Shown piece after piece: positions 9,126 to 18,973 of a stretch of DNA of 64,000 nucleotides. The notes beneath the pieces are model-generated. The model did no database searches, was not told where the DNA came from, and was given only the letters and a program-made list of their open reading frames with translations. The DNA lies in contig OY762911.1 in the NCBI GenBank assembly GCA_963666565.1, positions 256,001 to 320,000 of the forward strand. The letters run 5' to 3'. The first letter of the stretch is position 1; each line of letters starts with the position of its first letter. The stretch comes from Thermoanaerobaculia bacterium. GTDB taxonomy: Bacteria; Acidobacteriota; Thermoanaerobaculia; Multivoradales; Multivoraceae. The position numbers were made by a program, and so were the translations under genes.

Positions 9126-10079
9126 CTACGGATTCGCGGAAGCGGCCGGCCGGCGGCCACGGCGGCGTTGCTTGCGCTGGCCGCCGCGCACGAACACGTC
9201 GGCCGCGAAGTTGATCGCGAAGGTGACCAGGAACAGGAAGATGCCGAGCGTGAAGAGCGCCTGGTAGTGGTCGGAACCGGCGGCCGTCTCGCCGAGTTCC
9301 GCGGCGATCGTCGCGGTCAGCGCCCGCACCGAGTCGAAGGGACTCGTCGGCAGGTTGATGGAGTGGCCGCTCGCCATCAGCACCGCCATCGTCTCGCCGA
9401 AGCCGCGGCCGACGCCGAGCAGCGTCGCCGCGACCAGACCGTTGCGCGCCGCCGGGAGCACGACCTTGAAGGTCACCTGCCAGCGGGTCGCCCCCATCGC
9501 TTCGGCGGCCTCGCGATAGGTGTCCGGAACGGCCTTCAGGGCGTCCTCCGCGATCGTCGTCATGATCGGCGCAGCCATCAGCCCCAGGATGACCCCGGCG
9601 TTCAGCACGTTCAGGCCGACCGGCACGTCGAAGACCCGGATGATCAGGGGGTTCATGATGGACAGCCCGATGAAGCCCCAGACCACGGACGGGATCGCGG
9701 CCAGGAGTTCGACCAGCACCTTCAGCGTCTCGCGCACGCGGCCCGTGGCGAACTCGCCGATGTAGATCGCGGCCCCGAGCGAGAACGGCACGGAGACGAC
9801 CATGGCGAGTCCGGTCACCGAAGCCGTGCCGGCGATCAGCGCGAGCGCGCCGTACGTCGGGTTGTGGCTCGACGTCGGCGTCCAGCGCGGCGAAGCGAAG
9901 AACTCGCGGAACTCGAAGCGATCGAACACGAAGCCGGCGCCTTCGCGGGTGATGAACACGAAGATGCCGGCGATGAAGACGATCGCCGACAGCCCGCCCG
10001 CCAGCACCAGGATCTGGACCGCGCGGTCGATCCACCACGCGGCATCCCGCCGGTCCGCGGCGTGCGCCAGTTCAGCCAA
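9126..10079 (-). CDS. pstC: Phosphate ABC transporter permease PstC
   Basis: ELLAAIPSVVWG, GRGFGETMAVLM. Confidence 0.95.
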   Translation of the reverse strand: MAELAHAADRRDAAWWIDRAVQILVLAGGLSAIVFIAGIFVFITREGAGFVFDRFEFREFFASPRWTPTSSHNPTYGALALIAGTASVTGLAMVVSVPFSLGAAIYIGEFATGRVRETLKVLVELLAAIPSVVWGFIGLSIMNPLIIRVFDVPVGLNVLNAGVILGLMAAPIMTTIAEDALKAVPDTYREAAEAMGATRWQVTFKVVLPAARNGLVAATLLGVGRGFGETMAVLMASGHSINLPTSPFDSVRALTATIAAELGETAAGSDHYQALFTLGIFLFLVTFAINFAADVFVRGGQRKQRRRGRRPAASANP

Positions 10080-10154
10080 GCCGTCCGCCGGGAACTGGCG
10101 GCCCCGCCACGGGCTGCTGGAGACGCCGCGTCATTCCCGGAAGCCTGTTCCCGC

Positions 10155-11042
10155 TCAGGAACAGTCCACGTCGCCGCGCGGCGCGTAGCCCTTCTCGTAG
10201 ATGATGCACTGGCCCTCGTCGCTCAGCACCCAGTCGATGTACTCGCGAATCGCGCCCTCGGGCTCGCCCGCGGTGTACATGAACAGCGGACGCGCAATGG
10301 GATAGGAGCCGTCGATCGCGGACTCGACCGAGGGCGACACGCAGTCGCCGTCCTCGCCCTTCCGCACGCAGGGCATCTTCACGTGGTCCGTCGCGTAGGC
10401 GAAGCCGCTGTAGCCGATCGCGCAGGGCGTGTTCTCGACCAGGTCGACCACGTCCTTCGATCCGTGCATGTCGCGCGAGCCGAGCCGGAAGTCGCGCCGC
10501 TCGCCGAGCACCGCTTCACGGAAGTAGACGTAGGTGCCGGAGTTGTTCTGGCGGCTGACGCGGACGATCTCGTCGCTGCCGCAGCCCGGCACCTCGACGC
10601 CGTACTGACTCCAGGTGTCGATGTCACCACCCTCGCCGTAGAGCGCCGCCAACTGCTCCAGCGAGATCTCGTCCATCGGGTTGTCGGGATGGACGTACAC
10701 GGCCAGGGCGTCGTAGCCGACGACGAACTCGATCGGCTCGTTGCCGTTGCCGCGCGCCAGCTCGATCTCCGAGTCCTTCATCTTGCGGCTCGAGTTCGCG
10801 ACGTCGACCGTGCCGTTGATCATCGCCGCGATGCCGGTCCCGGACCCGCCGCCGGTCACCGCGACCGCCGTACCGGGCCTCAAAGCGGCGTACTCCTCGG
10901 CCCACGCCTGGGCCACGTTGACCAGGGTGTCGGAGCCCTTGTTCTGGATCACGTTGCGGGAACTCCCGCCGCCGCAGCCGGCAATCAGGGCGGCGGCGAG
11001 CCCCAGAACGCTCAAGGCGGAAGTGGGTTTCGCAGTTTCCAT
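10155..11042 (-). CDS. pstS: Phosphate-binding lipoprotein PstS
   Basis: Lipobox LIAGC; GSDT, GGGSGTG, SRQNNSGT and YPIARPLFMY. Confidence 0.93.
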   Translation of the reverse strand: METAKPTSALSVLGLAAALIAGCGGGSSRNVIQNKGSDTLVNVAQAWAEEYAALRPGTAVAVTGGGSGTGIAAMINGTVDVANSSRKMKDSEIELARGNGNEPIEFVVGYDALAVYVHPDNPMDEISLEQLAALYGEGGDIDTWSQYGVEVPGCGSDEIVRVSRQNNSGTYVYFREAVLGERRDFRLGSRDMHGSKDVVDLVENTPCAIGYSGFAYATDHVKMPCVRKGEDGDCVSPSVESAIDGSYPIARPLFMYTAGEPEGAIREYIDWVLSDEGQCIIYEKGYAPRGDVDCS

Positions 11043-11201
11043 ATGGCTCGTGTTCCGTCGCAGTTCGAGGTTCCGGCCCACGCCTGCGGAGCGTAGCCGA
11101 CGGTTCGTGAACAAGCCGTAAAGATCCGTTTACATAGAATCTGCGGCCTGCAGCGGCAGCGCGTCCCACACTGGGTGCGGCTCCGTTCCCTGCGCAGCCT
11201 C

Positions 11202-12497
11202 CTAGAAGTACGCCGTCAGCGACGTCCAGGCCACCAGCGGCACCGCTCCGTACTCGCTGCCGAGGACGCCGTCCCGCACGCCGCGACCCGTCGATCCGAT
11301 GAGGCCCGCGCCGACCGACACGCGGTCGGACACGGACCAGGAGATGCCGGGCTGGAGGAGCGCCGAGGAGTCGTCCGCGTTGTAGAGCACGGCGCCGCTG
11401 ACGGTCAGCAGCGGGTGGGCCTGCCACGCCAGGGAAAGCCCGGCGTAGCGACGGCCGAGCGACGCGACCTCGCCGCGCCGCACGCGGTCCGCCTCGGCGA
11501 GCCGCGCGTAGTCCGCCGGGTCGACGACGCCGAAGCCGTTCCAGCTCGCCTCGGCGATCAGGGTCAACCGCGGCGTCAGCAGGCGGTCGACGCCCGCGGT
11601 GACGCGCCAGAAGTCGCCGCAGCCGCGCGGCAGGCGCGCGCTCTCCCCACTGCAACCCGGACTGGTCCAGGCGACTTCGCCGCGCAGGCCGGCGCCGCGG
11701 ACATCGGCCGAGAAGAAGCCGCCGAGGACGAAGTCGCGGTGGAAGCCGCCCACCATGTAGCCGAAGTCGACGCTCGAGGGGCCCTCGCCCAGCTCGCTGT
11801 GGAAACGGCCGAGCGAGGCAAGGCTGAGGTCGTCGGGCGTGCGGGCGCCCTGGCCGGCGGCGATGACCTCGACCTCGGAGAAGTCGCCCGCCGGAACGGT
11901 GAAGCGGAGCGCGTCGACTCCGGGCTTGTAGTCGCGGTCGATCCGCTGCGGCGCGAACGGCGCGAACAGGTCGAGGACCGGCCAGAAGTAGTTCACCCCC
12001 CAGGTGATCGCCTGGCGGCCCGCGACCATCCGGAACCCGGGCCGGTCCCAGCGCAGGTTCAGGCGGTCGATCTCCGTCGTTCCGGCCAGATCGCCGCCGC
12101 CGAAGGAGTCCCGCCCCAGGTCGAGGAAACGCCGGGTTCCGCCGGTCGCGATGGAAGTCACCGCGCCGCTTCCGGGCGGCGACGTGGCCTGAGCCAGACC
12201 GTGTAACTCGAAGCGAAAGCGATCCCCGGATGGAGCCCGCCAGAGCGATTCCAGCTTGAGGCGCAGAATCCCGAGTTCGACGCCGCCGGTCGCGGCCTGC
12301 GCGGCGCCGTTCTCTTCGGCCGGCTCTCCGCCGCCTTCCAGGTCCGTCTCCTCCAGCACCCGGAAGGCGAAGACGCGCACGTCGCCGCCGATCGTCGTCT
12401 GCGCCGCGGCCTGCGGCACGGCGCCGAGAAGCAGCAACCCACCGGCGGCGGCGAGCCGCAACAGGTCAGCGCCGCTCGTCGCTTGCCACGCTGCCAT
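11202..12497 (-). CDS. Hypothetical exported/outer-membrane beta-barrel-like protein
   Basis: Signal peptide (AVPQAAA-Q), GRQAITWG motif, alternating beta strands and C-terminal aromatic (TAYF). Last gene of the ABC cluster. Confidence 0.65.
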   Translation of the reverse strand: MAAWQATSGADLLRLAAAGGLLLLGAVPQAAAQTTIGGDVRVFAFRVLEETDLEGGGEPAEENGAAQAATGGVELGILRLKLESLWRAPSGDRFRFELHGLAQATSPPGSGAVTSIATGGTRRFLDLGRDSFGGGDLAGTTEIDRLNLRWDRPGFRMVAGRQAITWGVNYFWPVLDLFAPFAPQRIDRDYKPGVDALRFTVPAGDFSEVEVIAAGQGARTPDDLSLASLGRFHSELGEGPSSVDFGYMVGGFHRDFVLGGFFSADVRGAGLRGEVAWTSPGCSGESARLPRGCGDFWRVTAGVDRLLTPRLTLIAEASWNGFGVVDPADYARLAEADRVRRGEVASLGRRYAGLSLAWQAHPLLTVSGAVLYNADDSSALLQPGISWSVSDRVSVGAGLIGSTGRGVRDGVLGSEYGAVPLVAWTSLTAYF

Positions 12498-13158
12498 CGA
12501 CCAGGCGCACGACGCGGCGCGCCCGCTCCATGACCTGCGGATCGTGGGTCGAGAACACGAAGGTCACGCCCTGCTCCCGGTTCAGTTCCTCCATCAGGTC
12601 GAGCAGCGTCTCCGCGGTCTCCGAGTCGACATTGGCGGTCGGCTCGTCGGCGAGCACTACGGCCGGGTTGCTGGCGATGGCGCGGGCGATCGCGACCCGC
12701 TGCTGCTGCCCGCCCGAGAGCTCCGAGGGCCGCCGGTCCTCCATCCCCTTGAGCCCGACCTGCTCGAGCAGGCCCATCACCCGGTCGCGCCGGGTCGGTC
12801 CGTCGACGCCCTGGACCCAAAGCACCATCTCGGCGTTCTCGTAGGCGGTCAGGACCGGCATCAGGTTGTAGGCCTGGAACACGAAGCCGATCCGGTCGCG
12901 GCGGAGTTCGCTCAGTTCCTTCTTGTTCAGGCTCGCCAGTTCGCGTCCCTCCAGCACGATCGAGCCCGAGGTCATCGCGTCGAGCGCGCCGACCAAGTTG
13001 AGCATCGTCGTCTTGCCGGAGCCCGAGGGCCCGCAGACGGCCGTGAACTCGCCCTCTCCGATGTCCAGCGTGAGGCCCCGGAGGGCGTGCACGTCGACGC
13101 TGCCCTGCCGGTAGACCTTCGTCACGTCGTTGAGCGAGATGATCGCGTCGCCTGCCAC
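12466..13158 (-). CDS. ABC transporter ATP-binding protein (LolD/MacB type)
   Basis: GPSGSGKT, IGFVFQAYNL, LSGGQQQRVAIARA and LADEPTANVD. Confidence 0.93.
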   Translation of the reverse strand: MAGDAIISLNDVTKVYRQGSVDVHALRGLTLDIGEGEFTAVCGPSGSGKTTMLNLVGALDAMTSGSIVLEGRELASLNKKELSELRRDRIGFVFQAYNLMPVLTAYENAEMVLWVQGVDGPTRRDRVMGLLEQVGLKGMEDRRPSELSGGQQQRVAIARAIASNPAVVLADEPTANVDSETAETLLDLMEELNREQGVTFVFSTHDPQVMERARRVVRLVDGSVASDERR

Positions 13159-13159
13159 T

Positions 13160-14407
13160 TCAAACCACCTTGATCGTCTCGACCGGCTGCACCCGGCCCG
13201 CGCGCCAGGCCGGGTAGAGGCCGGAGGCGACGGTCGCCAGCACCGCGAACAGCCCGATCAGCACCGCGTTGCGCGGGAAGATGCCGACCTTCAGCACCGG
13301 ATCCAGGCCGACCCCCGCGATCTCCACCGTGCCGCCGTAGATCGCGGTCAGGTCGAGGCCGGTGGAAGACAGGTAGAGGTACGGCCCCAGAGTGAGCAGG
13401 AAGGCGCCGGCCAGACCGAGCACGGCAAGCCACGCGCTCTCCATCATGATCATCCGGAACAGCCGGCCCGGGCTCCAGCCGATCGCCAGCATGATCCCGA
13501 ACTCCCGGAGCCGCTCCATCACGCTGACGAACATCGTGTTGAAGATGCCCGCCGCGACCAGGATCGCAATCAGGATCTCCATGACCACCGCCCCGCCGAC
13601 CTTGAGCGCGATGAACGCCGCCAGTTGCGGCTGACTCGTGTTCCAGGGAACGGCGGCCGCCCTCTCGCCGAGCTCGCGGTCGAGACGGCTGGCGACGCCG
13701 GCGCTTCTGCGCTGATCCTCCAGGAACACGGCGACCAGGGTCGCTTCGTCCTCGCCGTAGCCGAGCAGGTCGCGCACCGTGTCGATCGGCAGCAGGCAGA
13801 AGCCGCCGTCGACCGTCGGCGCGTTGGTGCGGAGAGTGCCCCGCAACCTCGCCAGGCCGCTCACGATCTCTCCGTCCTTGTCGGTCAGCGTGTAGACCAC
13901 CTTGTCGCCCAGCTCCATCCCCAGGTTGCTGGCGAGGCGGTGGCCCAGGATCACGCCGTCCCGGTCGCCCGGCTCGAGGGCCGAGCCCTCGTCGACCGCC
14001 TCGAGGATCGAGAGCGTCGTCTCGTCCTCGGCCTGGGGATCGAAGGCGATGAAGGCGGCGCTGAAGGTCTCGCCCGCCGTCGCCAGCATGGTCGGACCGA
14101 TCACCCGGTCGACGGCGTGCTGGATCCTGCGCGCCTCCGCCTCGAGCGCGGCCTCGAGCGCCTCGCCGCGAACCACCGTGCGGGTCAGCGTCGGCTTGTC
14201 GAGGTACTCCGGATGCTGGAGGCTGACGTGACCGCCCCCGAGCCGGGCGGCGAGGTCGATCATGTCTTTCCAGTTCCGGTCCTGCATCGCGGTGAACACG
14301 ACGGCGAGGAACACGCCGAAGACGATCGAGCCCAGAGTCAGCAGGGTGCGCCGGCGGTTGCGCCACAGGTTGCGCCAGGCCAGGGTCGCCACGTTGGGTC
14401 CGCTCAT
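13160..14407 (-). CDS. ABC permease, FtsX/LolE-like
   Basis: LAWRNLWRNRRRT start; SVMERLREFGIMLAIG; YPAWRA. Confidence 0.9.
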   Translation of the reverse strand: MSGPNVATLAWRNLWRNRRRTLLTLGSIVFGVFLAVVFTAMQDRNWKDMIDLAARLGGGHVSLQHPEYLDKPTLTRTVVRGEALEAALEAEARRIQHAVDRVIGPTMLATAGETFSAAFIAFDPQAEDETTLSILEAVDEGSALEPGDRDGVILGHRLASNLGMELGDKVVYTLTDKDGEIVSGLARLRGTLRTNAPTVDGGFCLLPIDTVRDLLGYGEDEATLVAVFLEDQRRSAGVASRLDRELGERAAAVPWNTSQPQLAAFIALKVGGAVVMEILIAILVAAGIFNTMFVSVMERLREFGIMLAIGWSPGRLFRMIMMESAWLAVLGLAGAFLLTLGPYLYLSSTGLDLTAIYGGTVEIAGVGLDPVLKVGIFPRNAVLIGLFAVLATVASGLYPAWRAGRVQPVETIKVV

Positions 14408-14431
14408 GCTCGTCTTCCTTTCCTCGTCCCG

Positions 14432-15658
14432 CTACTGGTGGTGGATGGCCTCGATCGGATTGATCCGGGCCGCCTTGATCGCCGGAAACAGCACCGCCAC
14501 CCCCGCGACGAACAGCAGAATGAAGACGGGCCCGGCGATCGTCAGGGGCGAGACCGCGCCGGTCCATATCTGATCCATCGCCACGCCCATGATCGCCGTT
14601 CCGCCCAGGCCGCCGACGTCGATCCCGCGCGTCGTGACGAACCAGAGCGCGGGCAGGCTGGCGGCGAGACCGATGCCGATCGCCAGCGCCGACTGCAAGG
14701 CGCCCTCCACCAGGATCAGCGCGAGCACCCGCCGCGGCGAGACGCCGATGGCCTTCAGCACGCCGAACTCGCGGATCCGCTCGAAGACGGCCGTCAGCAT
14801 CGCGTTCAGGATGAGGATCGCGATCACGACGTAGACGACGAAGGCGACAACCTGGACGGCGGCTTGCGCGGAGTCGAGGACGTTCGCCAGGCCCGGCAGA
14901 AGGTCGCGCCAGCTCCTGACCTCGACCCCGGGCGCGCTCGTCGCCGCGGCCCGCTCCACGACGCCGGCGGCCGTGGCGAGGTCCTGCCCTTCGGAACTGC
15001 GGACGATGACCCGGTGGGCGCCGTCCTCCAGCGCGAAGAAGCCGCGGAACTCGTCCTCGAGCAGGAACACGGTGGCGCGGTCGGTTTCCTCGCTCAGGCT
15101 CTGGAGGATGCCGCGCACCCGGAAGAGGTCGTTCGCCATGCTGCCGTCGGTCGCCTGGCTGAGTGCCACGAGTTCGTCGCCGACCTCGACCGCCAGCGTC
15201 CGGGCCAGCCGGTAGCCGAGCACCACGCCCTTGGGATCGGATTCTCCGAGCCACTCACCCCGATCGAGCCGCTGGTGGACGTCGCTGACCAGGGCGTCTC
15301 GCTCCGGCCGCAGGCCCTTGAGCAGGGCACCGGTCGAGGCGTCGCCCGAAGCGACCAGGGCGCCGCCGAGCAGGCGCGCACTCGAGCGCAGTCCGGTCTC
15401 GTCCAGCGCCGCAAGCAGCGCGTCCGGGTCCTCGATCCGTTCCCAGATGGACGGCCGCTCCCGGTAGCCGTCGGCGTGGACCTGGATCTCGCCCAGCTCC
15501 ACATCGAGGAGGGTGGTCTCCATGCTGCCCAGCATCCCCTCCATCAGCGAGGTGTAGAGCACCATGCTCCAGAGGGCCAGGGTCATGGCGGCGACCGTGA
15601 CCAGCGTGCGGCGGCCGTTCCGCCACAGGTTGCGCCACGCCATGCGGAGGATCTTCAT
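14432..15658 (-). CDS. ABC permease, FtsX/LolE-like
   Basis: MAWRNLWRNGRRT; AVFERIREFGVLKAIG; PAIKAARINPIEA. Confidence 0.9.
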   Translation of the reverse strand: MKILRMAWRNLWRNGRRTLVTVAAMTLALWSMVLYTSLMEGMLGSMETTLLDVELGEIQVHADGYRERPSIWERIEDPDALLAALDETGLRSSARLLGGALVASGDASTGALLKGLRPERDALVSDVHQRLDRGEWLGESDPKGVVLGYRLARTLAVEVGDELVALSQATDGSMANDLFRVRGILQSLSEETDRATVFLLEDEFRGFFALEDGAHRVIVRSSEGQDLATAAGVVERAAATSAPGVEVRSWRDLLPGLANVLDSAQAAVQVVAFVVYVVIAILILNAMLTAVFERIREFGVLKAIGVSPRRVLALILVEGALQSALAIGIGLAASLPALWFVTTRGIDVGGLGGTAIMGVAMDQIWTGAVSPLTIAGPVFILLFVAGVAVLFPAIKAARINPIEAIHHQ

Positions 15659-15761
15659 GCAGCGCCCGAAATCACTCGCAGTCCTGTCGATCGAGGCGGC
15701 TCGACTCCATCTTCATCCGGCTGGACCCCTGGCTGAACCTCGGCTGAACCTCAAGAGTGCC

Positions 15762-16523
15762 CTACTGCCGCAAGGACTGCAGCGAGAAGGTTGCCGGCGG
15801 CAGATCGACGTCGAAGCTGTGGTCCTCGTAGACGATCTCGGTGAACTCGTCGGCTTCGTCGGCCGGGATCACCCGCATCCGGCGCGGCAGCGTCCGGCCG
15901 CCGAGCGGGCCGAAGTCCTCGTAGCTGATCGTGCGCACCAGCCGTTCGCGCTCGTCGAAGTACTCGGCCCGGTCGAGCAGCATGTCCCGCGCCCGGAACC
16001 GGGCGTCGATCGCGCCCCACACGACCGGAGCGTCCGGCAGCGGGATGCAGCGCACGAGCCAGTGGCCCGAGGCGTCCGCCGGCCGTTTCCGGTAGGCGCA
16101 CTCGAAGTCCTCGCTGTAGCGGGACTCGTGAACCAGGTCGTCGTTCGTGAAGTGGCTGCCCATCCACGCCGCCTGCATCATCGACCCCGGCACCTTGATC
16201 GTCCGGTCGACCTTGGGCAGGTAGTTCCAGATGTTCTGCTCGACCTTGAGCGTCGCCGTGCCGCGCTCCTTCGCGGGCGCTTCGATCCGCACCAGCGCCT
16301 TCTCGCTGCCCTCGGAGACGACGTGGAGCCGCAGCTCCCGCTGCCAGCGCTCCGTCTTGATCCGCATCGTGATCCGGCTCTCGCTGGAGTCGCCCCGCAT
16401 CGCGTCGTCGGTGGCGCGCATCAGCACCTCGAGCGGTGGGTCGGCAGGCTGAGCCGTCGCGGCGGCGGAGAAGAAAGCGGCAAACGCCAGTGGGGCGACC
16501 GCGGCGGAGAAGAGCCTGTTCAC
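15762..16523 (-). CDS. LolA-like outer-membrane lipoprotein-sorting family protein
   Basis: Signal peptide; APAKERGTATLK...IWNYLPKVDRTIK...WMGSHFTNDDL...FSLQSL. GTG start inferred. Confidence 0.82.
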   Translation of the reverse strand: MNRLFSAAVAPLAFAAFFSAAATAQPADPPLEVLMRATDDAMRGDSSESRITMRIKTERWQRELRLHVVSEGSEKALVRIEAPAKERGTATLKVEQNIWNYLPKVDRTIKVPGSMMQAAWMGSHFTNDDLVHESRYSEDFECAYRKRPADASGHWLVRCIPLPDAPVVWGAIDARFRARDMLLDRAEYFDERERLVRTISYEDFGPLGGRTLPRRMRVIPADEADEFTEIVYEDHSFDVDLPPATFSLQSLRQ

Positions 16524-16651
16524 GCTAGCCGGGACTATAGCAACGGCCCCGCCAGCCTGGCGGCCGGCGCGTCTTCCAGGCCGGCTACGCCGGCAGCGGG
16601 TCAGAAGACCCGCGCACCCGGCAAACGGCCTCGACGCTGCTTCTACAGCGC

Positions 16652-18973
16652 CTACTCGATGTAGCCAAGCGCCTCGAGCCGGCGGCGGGTGTCCTCGTCC
16701 AGTTCGACTTCCACCGCCTCCACGCTGGAGCCGGCGGCCAGGTCCAACTGCTCGCGCAGGCGCCGGGCCATGACGCCCGCCAGCAGCGGACGTTCCGCCG
16801 CCAGGTCGTGCAGCTCCTCCGGATCCGCCACCCGGTCGAAGAGTTGCCGGCTCGGCCCGTGCCCGGCCCGGCGCAGTTCGATCAGCTTGTAGCGGCCGCG
16901 GACGAGCGACGCGGCGGGCCGCCGGAACGTGTCCATCGTCGAGAGCAGCGGACGGTCGGCGAAGCCGTCCGCCGCGGCCGCCGCCCGGGACCCGGGGTCG
17001 AGCAGCGGCAGCAGGCTGTCGCCGTCGATCCCGCGGGCCGGTTGACCGCCCGCGAGCTCGATCAGCGTCGGCAGCAGGTCGGCCTGCTGCACCGGCGCCG
17101 GCACCCGGCTGCCCTCCGTCTGGCCCGGCCGGTGGATGAAGAAGGGAATGTCGAGCACCTCCCGGTGCAGGTCCCAGGCGTGGCCGAAGACGCCCCGCTC
17201 CTCGAACGCCTCGCCGTGGTCCGCCACGACGACGATCGCGGGATTCCGGCCGCGCCGCTCCAGCTCCCGCCGGAACTCGCCGAACACGTGGTCGTTCCAG
17301 GCGATCTCCGCGTCGTAGAGCCGGAACAACTGGTCCACCACCTCCGGCGTCGATGGCGCCCGCTTGTCGCTCAACGCCCTCATGTGCGCCACCGTGCCGA
17401 GTTCCCGATCCTCGACGCCCGCGGCGAAACGCTCGCGGAACGGCTCGGCGGGATCGAACGCGGCGTGCGGCTCGACGCTCAGGATCATCAGGAAGAACGG
17501 CCGGTCCGGGGACTCGGCGGCCACCTCGTCGAGCCAGTCGAGCGCCCATTCGGCCAGGGTGTCCACGTCGACGGCGTCGTACCTGAACCGGTCGAACCCC
17601 TGCTCGAAGCCGGTCGCGCCGGTGACGTTCGCGTTGGCCGAGAAGCCGGCCGTGGCGTAGCCGAGTTCCCGCAGCATCTCCGGCAGCGTGGCGAACGAGG
17701 CGTCGAGCCCGTGGTTCAGCTCCCGGATGCCGTGCCGTTCGGGCCCGACGCCGGTGAGCAGCGTCGCCACCGTCGGCCGCGTCCAGGACGACTGCGCCAC
17801 TGCCCGGTCGAAGACGGTCGAACGCTCCGCCAGGGCGTCGAAGTTCGGCGACACCGGGCGGTCGTGGCCATGGAAGCCGAGCCGGTCGACGCGCAGCGTG
17901 TCGATGATCCAGAGCAGGATGGACTCGGACGGCGGCTGCCCAGGCGCCGCGGCCGGAACGGAGACTCCGGGCCCGTCCGCCGCCGGCGCCGGCGGCCGCA
18001 TCCGGGCGAAGAGCCGCGGCGCGCGCAGGACGATCCCCCCCTCGTCGGCGGCCTCCCGCGCTTGCCCGTCGTCTTCCGGGCGGCGCACCGATGCGCGCAA
18101 CGTCAGCTTTGCAGGCGGAGGATCTGCGCGCCCGGGCGGCAACGGAAGCCGGACGACGGGGTCCGCCGCATCCCTGGCGACGGCCGTGCCGGCGGCGGCG
18201 ACCGCGCCGGCCGGCGCGGCGCCTTCGACCTCCCACACGACCTCCAGACCGCTGCCGCCCCGCGGCGAGAACCCCTGCCACCTGAGTTCGAGATCCCGCT
18301 CGGGTTCCAGGAAGAACGACACCTCGCTGGCCGCCGGAATCCACAGCGTGTCCGCCTCGCCTCTGGCCTGTCCTGGGGTCGGCCCGTCGCCCACTTCGAT
18401 CCGGTCGCACGCGAAGGAGAGCTTCCTCGGATGGCGAGGCGTGCGGCCGGCGCCGGCCGCGGCCACGTCCGGCGGCCGTCCGAAGTAGCTCGGCACGAAC
18501 TCCACGCGATGACTGCCGGCCAAGGCGAGCGACGACGGCACCGTGAAACGGTGCTCGGCGAAGCGCCCGGACAGCTCCAAGTCGGCGACCTCCGTGTCGT
18601 TCCAGAGCACGGCAAGACGCTGCGCCGGCGCCCCCGGATAGCGGTGCGCCCGGCAGGTCATCCGCACTTCCAACTCACGAGCCGAGGCCAGGTAGACCCC
18701 GATCTCCGAGCGCGGACCGACCGCCCAGACGAACGTGTTGCCCGCCGGATCCGCTTCGTTCCAGGACCAACCGCCGACCAGCGCGGGCGCCGCTGCGGGA
18801 GTCCCCAGGTCGATCAGCGGCCGCTCGCGCCTGACCTCGGCGTACCGGAACTCCGAGACGAGATCGACGATCTCGACCTGCGCCGGACCGGGGCCGCAGC
18901 CGGAGATCCCAAGGCCCGCCGCCAGCGGCACAACCGTCCACGCCCGCCTCTGCTTCCAGGATCGTCTGCTCAA
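16652..18973 (-). CDS. Sulfatase-like (alkaline phosphatase superfamily) lipoprotein with long N-terminal domain
   Basis: IIDTLRVD, SSWTRPTVATLLTG, PHA, YDAEI, ADHGE and GH; possible lipobox ISGC. TTG start overlapping the upstream stop is inferred. Confidence 0.82.
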   Translation of the reverse strand: MSRRSWKQRRAWTVVPLAAGLGISGCGPGPAQVEIVDLVSEFRYAEVRRERPLIDLGTPAAAPALVGGWSWNEADPAGNTFVWAVGPRSEIGVYLASARELEVRMTCRAHRYPGAPAQRLAVLWNDTEVADLELSGRFAEHRFTVPSSLALAGSHRVEFVPSYFGRPPDVAAAGAGRTPRHPRKLSFACDRIEVGDGPTPGQARGEADTLWIPAASEVSFFLEPERDLELRWQGFSPRGGSGLEVVWEVEGAAPAGAVAAAGTAVARDAADPVVRLPLPPGRADPPPAKLTLRASVRRPEDDGQAREAADEGGIVLRAPRLFARMRPPAPAADGPGVSVPAAAPGQPPSESILLWIIDTLRVDRLGFHGHDRPVSPNFDALAERSTVFDRAVAQSSWTRPTVATLLTGVGPERHGIRELNHGLDASFATLPEMLRELGYATAGFSANANVTGATGFEQGFDRFRYDAVDVDTLAEWALDWLDEVAAESPDRPFFLMILSVEPHAAFDPAEPFRERFAAGVEDRELGTVAHMRALSDKRAPSTPEVVDQLFRLYDAEIAWNDHVFGEFRRELERRGRNPAIVVVADHGEAFEERGVFGHAWDLHREVLDIPFFIHRPGQTEGSRVPAPVQQADLLPTLIELAGGQPARGIDGDSLLPLLDPGSRAAAAADGFADRPLLSTMDTFRRPAASLVRGRYKLIELRRAGHGPSRQLFDRVADPEELHDLAAERPLLAGVMARRLREQLDLAAGSSVEAVEVELDEDTRRRLEALGYIE

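Noticed and set aside
7378-10038. Apparent very long PstB, and similar N-terminal extensions of the LolA-like, rlpA, rplM, rpsI, rsmB and nadD ORFs
   Set aside because: The extensions overlap real upstream genes in another frame or intergenic DNA; better starts exist, often overlapping the upstream stop.
8349-11096. Long antisense or alternate-frame ORFs (e.g. 8349-11096, 13130-15736, 46769-49417, 50670-53939, 55665-58127)
   Set aside because: Shadow ORFs of well-supported genes, expected in GC-rich DNA; Arg/Pro/Gly-rich and without recognisable motifs.
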